Assembly (NCBI GenBank): GCA_016748015.1
Contig: JAAOMT010000786.1
Coordinates: forward strand, 62,001 to 126,000
From: Geosiphon pyriformis uo1
Lineage: Eukaryota > Fungi > Glomeromycota
Length of the DNA: 64,000 nt
Direction: 5' to 3'
Shown: positions 1 through 12,149 of the stretch, piece by piece
Layout: every line of letters starts with the position of its first letter
Numbering within the stretch: position 1 is the first letter of the stretch
Translations under genes and position numbers: made by a program
The notes under the pieces: generated by a model
The model's input: the letters and a program-made list of their open reading frames with translations, nothing else
Database searches by the model: none
Told to the model about the DNA's origin: nothing

Positions 1-734
1 GTTCTCTCCTCTACTCTTTACACTCTCTTTCCCCTTTCTATGCTCTAAATACTTGTCATCATAATCTCAAGTATGTCTTCCCATATTCCTTATCATTATT
101 TAGAATCACATTGTTTATAATTTTTTACTTACTTGTTATTATTATTTCAAGTTGTTCTATTACTTCTGATCTTTGAAATCATGTGTTATCACTATTTCAC
201 ATTAAGTCTTGTTTTACTGAACAAGTTGTTAAATATAAAAATAAGTAATAAAGTATAACATTGTTAGAAAATGGTCTCAACAATAAAAAATTTAAGCAAA
301 ATCTATTTCAGTTATGTTTGACTTTTATAATTCCTTTTATAATTTTTATAACTTCATTTTTAAAGTGGGCATTTGAACACCACACCCTTTCGATGACTAA
401 TTGAAAAAATTCTGGTTACATATTTTTTTGAGTAATTGGTTTCACTTCTTGTTGCTGGTTGCATTTCTGATACATATAAAAAGATGTGACTTCTCTTTTC
501 CCCTTTTCAAATACTTAAGACTGGTTTTTGTCCAAAAACAAATAATAATAACAATACTTTTATTCACTTTTAATGACTTTATCACGTACCTCTTTTGCTC
601 TTCCACCTACTGAAATAGTCCATACACCTATGATATGCTATAATCAGTAGCATAATTATGGTAATGTGTGTTCCAGGTAAAAGTTATTGTCATTGTTAAG
701 AAGTTACAAATCCTGTAGCTTTTACCTGGTAATA
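1..734 (+). mobile_element. LTR of Gypsy-like family C (5' part outside window), inserted into the gag of a family A element
   Basis: 1-675 aligns with ~11260-11913. It ends in ...CCTGGTAATA (GTAACA terminus with C>T). Gag coding sequence resumes immediately at 735 (GCAT ACGT). Confidence 0.7.
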
Positions 735-2059
735 GCATACGTTCAATGCATTCTATTAATTTGCAAGCAGCCATCACAAATGTCAAAGATTTTGAACCCA
801 CTGAACTCGAAGCTAACCATGCCCAAGCCATTAATCTAGTAATGAATGGATCATCTGAATTGGATTCCAAATTAAAACAATTTAGTGATTCCATCAATCA
901 GAAATTAGAGAAATATTTAGTTAACAATTATGCAATTTATCAACCACCATAACAATACAATAATTCCAGAAATGCAAATTGTTTCCAGAATCAATTATGT
1001 CCATCATTGTCGACCAATCAACAGTGGCAACAAGAAATGTGTGCTTGCCACTATTGTGGTAAACAGGAACACCTACAAATTAACTGCCACTATTGCTTAA
1101 ATAACCAATGATCGGGAAATCAATATCGAAACCCCAATTGCCGGTTTTAAATTCTGAATAACCCACCAAACTCAGAACCATATCATCAGAATTACTTATT
1201 TATAATACAGCAGCCACCTTATCAACCACCAGTATATCAAACGCCAATTTATCAACCAATAATATCAGCAAATTATCAGTCACAGCCACAACCCATTTAT
1301 CAGCAGTAGCCTCAGGTAATATATCAGTCCCAACAAATTCAAACACCACCACAGAACTTACCTCAAAACAGAACCCAAAGGCCAAGATTGACCCAACAAA
1401 GCTGGAGATCATTGATGGTAGTCCACCAACCAATCTCCAGTTCTTTCACACAACCAGCAGGATTTTGACAATGGAATTTGGGCATCAAGTACACCCAACA
1501 CCCAAATTCCCAGAACTATTTAAGTCTACTGATTACCCCAGAAGATGCTTAACCCAATAACCTGGAAACCAACCAACACCCAATACTTACCAGCAACATT
1601 CCGCCAGCTACCATTACTGAAAACAAATTACTGGACACCATCTTCCCATTTGAACTTGAAAAACCGTCGACTACATTATTATTTAGTGGAGCCGCTCTGG
1701 AAGAAAAACTCATTACTGCCATGTACACTGATGCCAAAGTTGATGGCCATTCCATCAAACTGATCCTAGACAGTGAATCAGCTGGCAGCATTATTACAAA
1801 ACAACTCATGAACCAATTAGGTCACCAAGTTAATTATGCTGTCTGCACCAAAATCATAACTACCAATGGAGCAACCAAAACTTCCATTGGTAAGATTGAT
1901 GACTTCTCTTTTGAAGTCAATGGCATTATCATTCCCATCAAAGTTCTAGTGATAGAAGCAACCCAATATCAGGCATTAATAGAGAATGACTGGTTATCTA
2001 AAACCAACACCATACTGAACTGGACAACACAGAAGCTCCAACTGAGCCAAAACAGTTGA
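735..2059 (+). pseudogene. Gag C-terminus (CCHC knuckle, Q/P-rich) fused in frame to aspartic protease
   Basis: Knuckle CHYCGKQEHLQINC near 1045-1086. Protease KLILDSESAGS (DSG-type, G>A mutated) in ORF 1721-2059. Interrupting stops are CAA>TAA or CGA>TGA type. Confidence 0.85.
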
Positions 2060-3320
2060 CACACACGTGTACCAGCCACGTGTGGCCATTTTAAGACCAT
2101 TAACTCAGCAGCCCCACTTATCGAATTTGAGGAAGACAAAAAGAAACCTACCTGGGAAGCGTACCAAGTCTCTTGGGCCAATGAAAACCACAATAAGCTA
2201 CCACTGATACTTTCTTGGGACAACAAAGGAAAAGGGAAGGAGAACAAAGAACTTACCTGAAATACCAACCAAGCCTGGAAAATGGATGATGATCAAGATG
2301 AATCTGCAATCTGGGAGTGGAAAGAAACTGACAAAGGAGAAGAAAAAAGAAACTATTTTTACCAGCAGCACTTACAATCCATACACTTATACTTTATCAC
2401 AACCATCCAATTATTGTCAACCAAAATTAGAGTGTGTCAATTGTGACAAGAAACTGTCATTAATGGGTGCTTGTTGTGGTGACAATGAAGAATATGTCAT
2501 GGCAACAAAATTCTATTACTGCCTATGTATCATAGAATGCTTTGAATGACCAAAACAATAAGAAAAGTGGGACAACCAACCATGTCTTGCATGTAAAACT
2601 ATCTTGTCTGACGAAGAAATATGGAATAACATTCCTGGGTAAGAAAGGACATATGATGAGACATGCCAGTATACTATCTTAATAAATGACTAGATACACA
2701 AAGAAACTCCTATTGACAATGCCTGGAAAAAAGCATTGCGACAATTAAAAGAATATCCCCACGACAAACATGAACTTTGGAGAATAGCATATGCGAAAAC
2801 AGAAGGCACAACAACCAGTAAACTACTGGAAATAAAAAACAACTCTTTATTTTTTCCTAAACCTGAATACATCCAAACTTTTGATGTCTTTGGCAACATC
2901 AAGGACAACCCAGAGAAATTTCATGAACATTACCAGCAATTAACACCCACCAGAGAAGAGCAAGAACAATGCTTGGAAGAAATAAACACCCAATTATGTG
3001 ACTACTGTTTAATTCCATGTGACTTCCAGTATTGTAATAAGTGTGACCTCATTTACAATCCACCACCATGCATGATCTACACGATTCCAGAAAAAGATGA
3101 ACCAATGAGCAACTGCACATCAGAATTAGAATCAACTTTCAATCCCAATTCAAACTCTGACAACAATGATGAGAAAAACACTGGTTCCAGCTCTGCTCAA
3201 TATGACAACGAAAATGTCAATGATTCAGACTCCGATTCAAATCCCGAAATATACATTGCATTTCCTGATCTATCTAAGGAGCAAGAACTCAAATGGTATA
3301 GTGACAATAATGAAAGTATT

Positions 3321-3710
3321 ATGCCAAAACGCGTGTATAATACTGATGCAGGGTTTGATCTAAGATATCTAGAAAAAAAAGCCATCAAATTGAAACCAAA
3401 TTCGTGCACATGTATTGATCTCAAAATAGCTTTAGAAATTCCAGCAACAACCATGGTTCAATTAGTATTTAGAAGTAGCCTAGCGAAAAAAAAAATCAAT
3501 ATCAGAAAAAGAATAATTAACACAGGGTATGTAAGAAATATTATTGCTATGCTACAAAATAACTCAGAAAAGGCCTATACCATAGAGCCAAATGAAAAGA
3601 TAGCACAGGCAATATTTTTGCCTCTGGTGAAAGTAGCTAAATTAGTATTAGTGGGAAACAGAAAAAAATTAAGGATAACAGCAAGAGGGATACAGAGATT
3701 TGGATTCACA
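3321..3710 (+). pseudogene. dUTPase domain within the Gypsy Pol
   Basis: All five trimeric dUTPase motifs are recognisable in ORF 2736-4061: DAGFDL, RSSLA, KRIINTGYVRNI (from GGIIDxGYxGxI), KIAQAIF, ARGIQRFGF (from RGxxGFGS). Confidence 0.9.
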
Positions 3711-4168
3711 AATAGAATAGATATATCAGTTAATATGGCAGAGGAAAAAATTGTTGACAAAGGAGAAATTATCTCAACCCATCAAACAATTTCCATTCTG
3801 CCATATGACCAGTATATGTTAGTCATAAAAAGGGAAGTAAGGAATCAACTTCAATTGTTTGAAGCAGAAGCCACTATTTGTGAATTAGGGGAAATTGGAT
3901 TCACCAATCTTTACATATCAGCCAAAAGCCCCAAAAACATCAAAATCTCCATCTATAATACAACTGGAAAGGTCATTGAAATACCAAAGGGAACTATCAT
4001 TGGATATTTAACCACCAAAGTTAAGGATCAACCACCAAACCACATTTCAAATTTTCCATAGCTTTGCGAATATGTGGACATTATATCACAAACCATCTAT
4101 GGAAGAAATGAATATTATCTGCTCCAACCAAAACAATTGAAACAGGGAATCTAGATCCACTTTAACAG

Positions 4169-5520
4169 ATGCAACTCAAGATGTTACTTAACAATTTCAA
4201 TGACATCTTTACTAGCAAAAATAAATTTGGCCAAACCAACATCATCCAGCATCAGATCAAGACTGAAGATGCAATGTCAATTAAACAAAGAACATATGGA
4301 GTACCACCAGCTAGCCATGAGATCATTCATCAAGAAATTAACCAAATGCTTGACAATGGGCTAATTCAGTTATCAATGAGTTCATGGTTATTACCAGTAG
4401 TACTGGTCCATAAGAAAAATAGGAAAATCCGTTTTTGTATAGACTACCAGAAACTAAATGGAGTAACAAAAGATGATAGCTATTCAACTTCAAAGATCCA
4501 AGAACTATTTGACGCTTTTGAAGAAAATAAATGGTTCTCAATACTAGATTTAGATAGTGGTTACTGGCAAGTAGTCATAGATCTAGCTGACAAAGAAAAA
4601 ACAGCATTCACCACAAGAGAAGAAAATTTTGAGTTTGAAGTTATGCCATTTGGCTTAATGAATGCTCCAGCAACATTCCAAAAGCTCATAGAAATTGTCT
4701 ATACTAGATTACTATAAAAATCAGTAGTCATATACTTGAATGACACTAATGTGTTCTCAAAAACATTCGATGATCATTTGTATCATCTTCAACAAGTGTT
4801 CGAAAGATTAAGAAGAACAGAATTAAAACTAAATGCAACCAAATGTTTCTTTGGAAAAACTGAACTCAAGTTTTTGGGACATGTAGTGAGCAAAAATGGA
4901 ATCAAAACAGATCCAGACAAGATTGAAGTAGTTAAGAACTTTCTGGTACCAACCAACTTGACAGAACTAAGAGCATTTTTAAGTTTTGCAGACTATTATT
5001 GCCATTTTATCAAAGACTTTTCAAAACTGGCTCAGTCACTTCACCATCTACAGACCAAGAATATGAAGTATGAATAAACCAAAGCTCAACAAGAAGTGTT
5101 TAACACATTAAAAAAAAGCTTATCTAAGCTCCAGTATTGATGTATCCAGATCATAGCAAACCATTCATAATCACTACTGATGTATCAGATCAAGCATTGA
5201 GAACAGTACTATCACAGAAAGAATCAGATGGAAGAGAACATCCAGTAGCTTATACCAGTAGAAGCTTAAGTCCAGCTGAGAAAAACTATAGAACTCCAGC
5301 ATTAGAACACTTAACTATCTATTGGGCTGTCATCAAATGGAAGGAATACTTGAGTCAAAAGTTTGAAGTGTATACTGATCACAAAGGATTGACTTTAATC
5401 CAGAAACAAAAATTTGCAGACAATTGTTATACTAGATAGAAAATAGAACTTTCATCATTTAATTATACAGTACATTATAAAAAAGGAAATGACAATAGAA
5501 ATGCTGACAGACTGTCATGA
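4169..5520 (+). pseudogene. Gypsy reverse transcriptase and RNase H
   Basis: RT motifs RFCIDYQKLN, LDLDSGYWQ, MPFGLMNAPATFQ, YLND at 4733-4744 (YLDD with G>A), FLGHVV. RNase H motifs ITTDVS, HPVAYTSR, YTDHKGL, NADRLS. Confidence 0.95.
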
Positions 5521-5699
5521 ATGAAACAGATCTAAAAACATTCCAACCCAAAAAAATATAACAAAAGATGAATATACAAAAATACCAACAACTTTAATAT
5601 TATATAAATACCCAATTATTCAAAGAGAAATTATCTAAAAAAGAACAAAGAAACATAAAACAATAATCAAAAAATTTTATCAACCATCAAAATATACTT

Positions 5700-6944
5700 T
5701 ACCAGAAAAACAGAAGAAATCCAGATCAACCAACTAGAATAATTACAGAACCAGAGAAAGAGACAATATTATTTAACATGCACTCAGACCTAACAGCAGG
5801 ACATTTTCATAAAGAAGCGACCATGAAAAGAATTAGAAAGAAATATTATTGGCCATCGATGTATCCAGACATCATTCAATATATTCAAAATTGTGATGCT
5901 TGTCAGAAAAGAGGTGGAACAAGACCAAGTGAATCATTAAGACCAATTAAAGTAGAACAACCATTCGATTACATTGGAATTGACTTAGTTGGACCATTAA
6001 CAATTACTGGTAGAAGCAATAGATATATTGCAATAGTTATGAACTATCTCACAAAATGGCCAGAAGCAAAAACCATTCAAAGAGCAGATGCAGAATCCAT
6101 TGCCAAATTCGTCCATCAAGATTTGATATGTCAACACGGATGTCCAAAAAAACTACTATCAGATCAAGGAACTCATTTTGTGAATAGAACATTAACAGAA
6201 TTAAGTCGAAGATTTGGGATAAAAAGACCATTATCATCACCATATCATCTACAAACAAATGGACTAGTTAAAAGGTTTAACAGAACACTGTGTGAAGCAA
6301 TTGCCAAAATCAGTCAAGAAAACCAAGATGAATGAGATTTGTTTATACCATCAATATTATTTGCTTATCGAATAATGAGACAAAATACTACACAAACAAC
6401 ACCATTTGAATTGGTATATAGTAGGACAGCAACATTACCAGTTGAGAAAGAAATCAACACATATCCAATAGAACCAATAACAGAAGTTAATTTCCAAGAA
6501 ACATTGTTGAGAAGAACATATGACTTAATAAAAACACTAGAAAACAGATGACAAAAAGCAGCTGATAATATTCAAAAGTCTCAAGAAAAGCAAAAAGAAT
6601 GATATGATAACCAATTACCAGATAAACCAGTTGAATTCAAGATTGGAGACAAAGTACTTTTACATCGTACCAAAGTGGAAAAACAATGAAGTGAAAAATT
6701 TGATTCCAAATGAGGTGAACTATTTTACATAGAAGAAATTCTTGAAAATGGAACTTATAAATTAAGATGAGACAACAAAATCTTAGCCAAAGCAGCACAT
6801 AGTGATTGACTGAAATCATATTACCAAATAGTATCATTATCCACCAATAACATTCTATAATTAGGAGTACAATGAATACTGGTTCAACCAGATGAGATTC
6901 CATAAGATCTGGAACCAATCATAATCATTGGACCAAACATGTAA
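5700..6944 (+). pseudogene. Gypsy integrase (HHCC, DDE core, C-terminal SH3/GPY-F-like region); no chromodomain seen
   Basis: H-x5-GH...CDAC, GIDLVGP, SDQGTHF, QTNGLVKRFN, TPFELVY, FKIGDKVL. Stop at 6942-6944. Confidence 0.93.
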
Positions 6945-7005
6945 AATCAAACAATAAAAAAGTATATAAAGACACAGTATACATGACAAAGGCAACCAAA
7001 AAAAA

Positions 7006-7641
7006 ATGGAAATACCATATCATATTTACGCCATAGTTCAACAATTATTTCAGGCCTTAAGTTAACAACTTTTAGACATGGAAATTATCATTAACAACCA
7101 AACAATTTGCTATCAAAACACCAAAAAAAAGACAAAAAATACACCATATCAGCAGTTACCAAAAAATGATAAAAACTGGTCAGATAACATAATAGAAAAA
7201 GTAAAAAACACTTTTGGAAAAATACTTATTATGGCACCAACAGAAGAACTTACAAAAGAGAATTGAAAGCAATGGACAAAACAACTTCCAATATCATATT
7301 GTTACTACCAGTTAGATCAAAAGTTGAATATTCAGGAGTTGTATATCGACAAATTTAAGAAAATATTCAACCAAGACATAATACAACAAATTGAAGAATT
7401 TATCGGAAAAAAAACAAATTCAACACTATATGTTAAAACAATGTACTGACTACACAACATATTTTGGAACAACCCAGAAATACTGTTACACTCTGAAATG
7501 GAAACTATAATCATTAACCAATGGGGAAGAATGAACAATACACAAATAGAAGACATGAGAAACAGAGTCAAACAAACAATACTTGAAAAAGAAATATTAG
7601 AATTAATTCAAAACAAAGATTTCGATGGAGCTCAATATTAA
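7006..7641 (+). pseudogene. Accessory ORF3 (~211 aa, unknown function) in the env position
   Basis: Single frame from MEIPYHIYAIV to NKDFDGAQY*, interrupted only by three transition-type stops (7063, 7264, 7447). Stop abuts the PPT. TATATAAA at 6963-6970. Confidence 0.7.
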
Positions 7642-7654
7642 AAGAAAGAGATAA

Positions 7655-8536
7655 TATTACTTATAAAAAGAAAACAGATATAGAAAATAATAGACCAATA
7701 AGAGAATAATATTTAGCACATGAGCACATTGCTTAGCAATGTGGAACAATATCAAAAAACATGGCACATTGCTCAGCAATGTAAAGCAATGTTAGAAAGC
7801 ACAACACATTGCTCAGTAATGTGAAGTGATGTTAGAAAATTAGGGCATATTGTTCAGCAATGTGAGCATTGCTCAAGAAATCATAACACATCACTTGGAA
7901 ATATGAGCAATCTTGTAAAACATCAATTATGTATATATAGTGATAGTGTTAAAAGTAGAAAGAGCAGAATCTTTTAGCTAGAAATTTTCCATCCACAAAT
8001 ATTAAATAAATAAATTGTTCACTATCCAAATCTACTTTCCACTATCAACATGAAGTGTTAATAGTAATTGATATTTAACTACACTGGAACAATAGCTCTT
8101 AATCATGGCTATTGATGAAATACTAACTTGCACATTGTCTTGGCTCATTTTTTTATTTTCTTTTATTTCTTTCTTTCTTTGATTTTTCTTGTTGAATACT
8201 AACTGATTAAAGATTAAAATGCTAAATAATTGACGTCACGGATAGCTTGGTAAAAGACCCAGAAATAAGGGTAAAATTATATATATATTAATAGATAGCT
8301 TATTAGAAAGACACGAATGCCAGAATAAACTGGCCACCAAGCTAAAGACAGAAATTGGGAACACAAATCACCAACTGACTACATTGTCATTGAATTTCTG
8401 TTCATTATACAAAGGACTCCACTCTAAAACCTTCAGATACAACCAACGTGCCAGTAACATTAGTATTGTTAAGATATTGAGCACCAAGTTACAGATTTGT
8501 TATTTGATTTGAGACTCCAAATAATCATCTGTAACA
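7655..8536 (+). mobile_element. 3' LTR, family A
   Basis: Follows the PPT AAAGAAAGAGATAA. Termini T(G>A)TTAC...GTAACA. Start and end match the LTRs at 34686, 52402, 54290, 58542 and 59669. Confidence 0.85.
7725..7864. repeat. Four ~40-bp tandem units in LTR U3, each with the 19-bp palindrome CACATTGCT-N-AGCAATGTG
   Basis: Units start at 7725, 7765, 7805 and 7846. Confidence 0.9.
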
Positions 8537-9845
8537 GTGTTTTCTATTATAACAAAGTTGTAGACTATTTTACTAACACTTAAGTGTGTTCTTTTTTTTA
8601 GTTTAATTCAACTTTTTTTAAACAGCCAGACTGCTTTGAATGCTTACAAATTAAAATTGGGTTTAATATGTCCAGATTTCTGAAATAGATGTTGGGTCAA
8701 ATATTATTACATTGTGGATATTATTCATAAAAAGAATTTGAATGTCAGCTGGCATAAAGTAAAAAGTTATTTGGGTGTTCCAGACAATGAACATACTAAT
8801 GTGTTCATAAAGACTGCTTTACTTTCTGATAAGTACCTCTCTTATCAGATTAAAAAACATTATATTAGGGCTAATAATAGCATTGTTTTTGGTAATTCTA
8901 GACATTTTGTTTGTGATGTTTTCCATTTTATTTATTATGTGTGCTGAGAAGTTGGTTCTAATTTTCAGATTGTGACAAACAGTCTGTATACAGATGTTGA
9001 TTGGTTTAAATTATCTTTGGTATAACACCCTGATTTTCACTTGGCTGCTGGTTTTACTAATAGAGATATTGCTAATGTTTACATGTATTTTATGAAGACT
9101 TTAAATTACTGGCTCCTTGTTGCTATTTGCAAGCATTTGTATGACAGGTGTTATTTCAATGTAGTGTGTTTGTTCTGTGAAGATATTAAAGTCTTGGACT
9201 ATGCTTTTTTTTGCTCATTTGACTTTGCTGTTCATGCTTGGTTATTGGATGTTCATATAACTAATTGGAGAATGTTTTCTGGTTTTTTTTGTTCTTTTTT
9301 GTGTGTATTATAGTTATTGTTTTTCTGTATTTCTGATATTGCAGTGTATATGACTCTGTATAAGGGTTTTGTTTTTAATGATTAGTACTGGAAGTTTTTT
9401 TCTGTTTTTAAAAATTCTAAAATTGTAGACCAAAAAATTGTGAACTTTGTGCACAAGCTTTGCCTTGTGTTTTAAGATAAAATTTGGATGGCTTATGCTA
9501 AACACTAGACTTTTATGGAAAAAAATAGACTGATCTTGCATAATAGATCTATTTTAGTCTCAATAGCTGGGCTTTCTTTGGTGCTTTTGGCTGATATAAT
9601 TAAATTGTTGAGTGTTACTAAAGCTTTTGAGATTAATTTTAGACTATATAAACCTTGTTTGTTTTTTTCGGATATAAATAACTTGGTTTCAGTTTATATA
9701 GATGCTTAATATTATTTTAATTAGCCTGAATGACTGATTACATATAGAAAATGCATAATTTACACCTAGTTTAGATTACTTATATATAATATATTATATT
9801 AGGCAATGTTTGAATCTCACTCGTTAAATGTTAATAAAAAAAAAA
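8537..9845 (+). mobile_element. LINE 3' fragment: ORF2 RNase H and C-terminal zinc finger, 3' UTR and A-rich tail
   Basis: NSQTALNAY, VSWHKVKSYLGVPDNEHTN (RNase H) and CLFC...FFC. The 3' UTR at 9715-9830 matches those at 28410-28530, 35600-35730 and 62610-62720. Confidence 0.85.
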
Positions 9846-10857
9846 TTTTTTTTAATTTATAATAAATTAAAATAATTATTAAAATAAAAGAATTTATTTT
9901 TACAAAAAAAATATATTGTATAAATTTTTAATAAAAATTTAATTTTGTTTTTATATAATTTAATTTTTGGTCTAAATAAAATTAAATTTAACTATAAATA
10001 TAGTAAACAAATATAAATTTAATTAGTAAACAATTTTTAAATAATTTAAAGTTTTTTTAATATTATTAAATAAATTAATATTAAATATTGTTAATTTTTG
10101 GTTTATTATTTTGAATAATAATTTTTGTAATTAGTTATTGCTAAATATTAACATAAATTAAATTAAAATTGAACTTTAAAGTAAGCACTAAATGTTATAA
10201 ATAATAGTTTTTAGTAATTATAAATATAGTTTTCTTGGTATTTAAAAAAAATTTGTTAATAAATCTTAGTTTATAATATTAATATTAATAATATTATTAA
10301 TCTAAAAATCTAAAAATTAGTTTTATGAATTTTATTAACTCTTAACAAAATTAAAATAATTTTTTTTATAAATATTATTAATTTTTTGAATAATTATATT
10401 TGTTGTTTTTATTAAAATTGTTGATAATAGCATCTTATTATATTAATTTATAAAAAAATTTTTAAAGTATTTTTATATTTTTAATATGTTTTTTTTTGTA
10501 ACTTGTACAAATATTTTGTCAATATTATACTAAATTTTTAAACATTTAAATAATTGTCTTTGCTTATAATATAAATAGTATTATCAAAACATTTTCACAC
10601 TTTTTAATGCAAAAATTACAATATATACAATGAAAATTAACATCAAAACCATATGAAAAAGACTTATATTATTGCACTTAATCAACAAAATCAGCCAGCA
10701 ATCTGAAAATAAATGATTAGTAATCAGTTCAATTACAACAAAGAAATATGGCATAATTCAACAGTTTAACTAAGTTGGATACAAAGAAATCTTGACAAAC
10801 CAAAAAACACCAATAGAAATAAATAATTGACACATGTAATCTAATAATAACAGGCTT

Positions 10858-11961
10858 TGTTATGTTCTAAGATTCTTATATGCTCTTATTAAAACAATCT
10901 AATATTCCAGATCTGCAATTAATAATTAAAAGTGGTTATCAAGAAATGTATTAATTAATCTACTTCTAATTATGTTAATCATAATTACAATTGGTATTAT
11001 TGATTTACGATCAATGTTTTAGATTCAGCCATTTAAAATCTAATTATCTAAATTACTAGCTTTTGGATAAATAACAGGCCAAGTAAGTTTATTATGAATT
11101 AATTAATTTAATATATATAAATAATAGATGTATTTTAAATAGTTTTAATATAATATGTAGATCTGATATAATTTAGCTATATATATAGTCTTTTTGTTAG
11201 TTTAAGAAAGTATTAGTTCAATATTGAGCCAACTTTTTGCTATAGTTTTATAGTAAGCAGTTAATTTTTTTTCTATTCTTTACTTTTTTTTTCTATACTC
11301 TAAATATTTGTTATTACAATTTCAAGTATTTCTTCTCATATTCCTTATTATTATTTGGAATTATGTTGTTTATAATCTTTACCTACTTGTTATTATTATT
11401 TTAAGTTATTCTATTATTTTCAATCTTTCAAAATCATGTGTTATTACTATTTCACATTAAGTCTTGTTTTACTGAACAAGTTGCTAAATATAAAATTAAG
11501 TAATAAAATATCACGTTGTTAGAAAGTGGTCTCAACAATAAAAAGTTTAATCAAAATCTATTTCAGTTATGTTTTATTTTTACAATTCCTATAACTTTGT
11601 TTTCAAAACTGGGCATTTGAATACCACACTTTTTCAATAATTAATTGAAAAAATTCTGGTTATGTATTTATTAAAGTAGTTGGTTTTACTTCTGTTGTTG
11701 GTTGTGCTTTTAATACATATAAAGAGATGTGACTTTTTTTTTTTAAAATACCTAAGACTGGTTTTTGCCCAAAAATAAATAATAATGATAATACTTTCTT
11801 TTACTTTTAATGACTTATTATGTACTTTCTTTTGCTTTTCCACCCACTAAAATAGTCCATACATTTATAATATGCTATAGTTAGTAGCATAATTATGGTA
11901 ATGTATGTTACCAGTTGAGCTAAAAAATGTTTCTAAATAATAACAAAAACCACTGGTAACA
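10858..11961 (+). mobile_element. LTR of family C, probably a 5' LTR followed by a PBS-like TGGTAAA
   Basis: TGTTAT...GGTAACA termini, homology to 1-734, TATA-like run near 11178, and TGG one base after the end. The 5' boundary is less certain. Confidence 0.65.
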
Positions 11962-12149
11962 ATGGTAAATTTTTAAAAAAATAAAAAATAAAAATACAAA
12001 ACTAAAAGAAATAAAAAAATTAATAACTTATAAATAATCTTAATCAGAAATTATTCTTTTAAAAAAATTTTAGATTTTAGAATTAACTAAAAACATTGGT
12101 CAAAAGTATGATTTTTTTACTTTATTTAATATTTTAAACACTACACATT

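Larger units (their letters stand above)
735..8536 (+). mobile_element. Ty3/Gypsy LTR retrotransposon, family A, element 1 (5'-interrupted, degenerate)
   Basis: Domain order Gag-PR-dUTPase-RT-RH-IN, purine tract at 7641-7654, and 3' LTR TATTAC...GTAACA. Confidence 0.95.

Noticed and set aside
1142-1560. TTTAAA(T/C) slippery site and long alternative frame suggesting a gag-pol frameshift (also near 56830)
   Set aside because: The heptamer is out of phase and is best explained as TTT CAA mutated to TTT TAA. Gag and protease are already in the same frame.
7725-7864. CRISPR-like array (palindromic repeat with ~21-nt spacers)
   Set aside because: The spacers resemble each other, the array lies inside a eukaryotic LTR, and there are no cas genes. 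It is a tandem repeat.
10560-10857. Possible decayed coding fragment upstream of the family C LTR
   Set aside because: No motif could be recognised in any frame.
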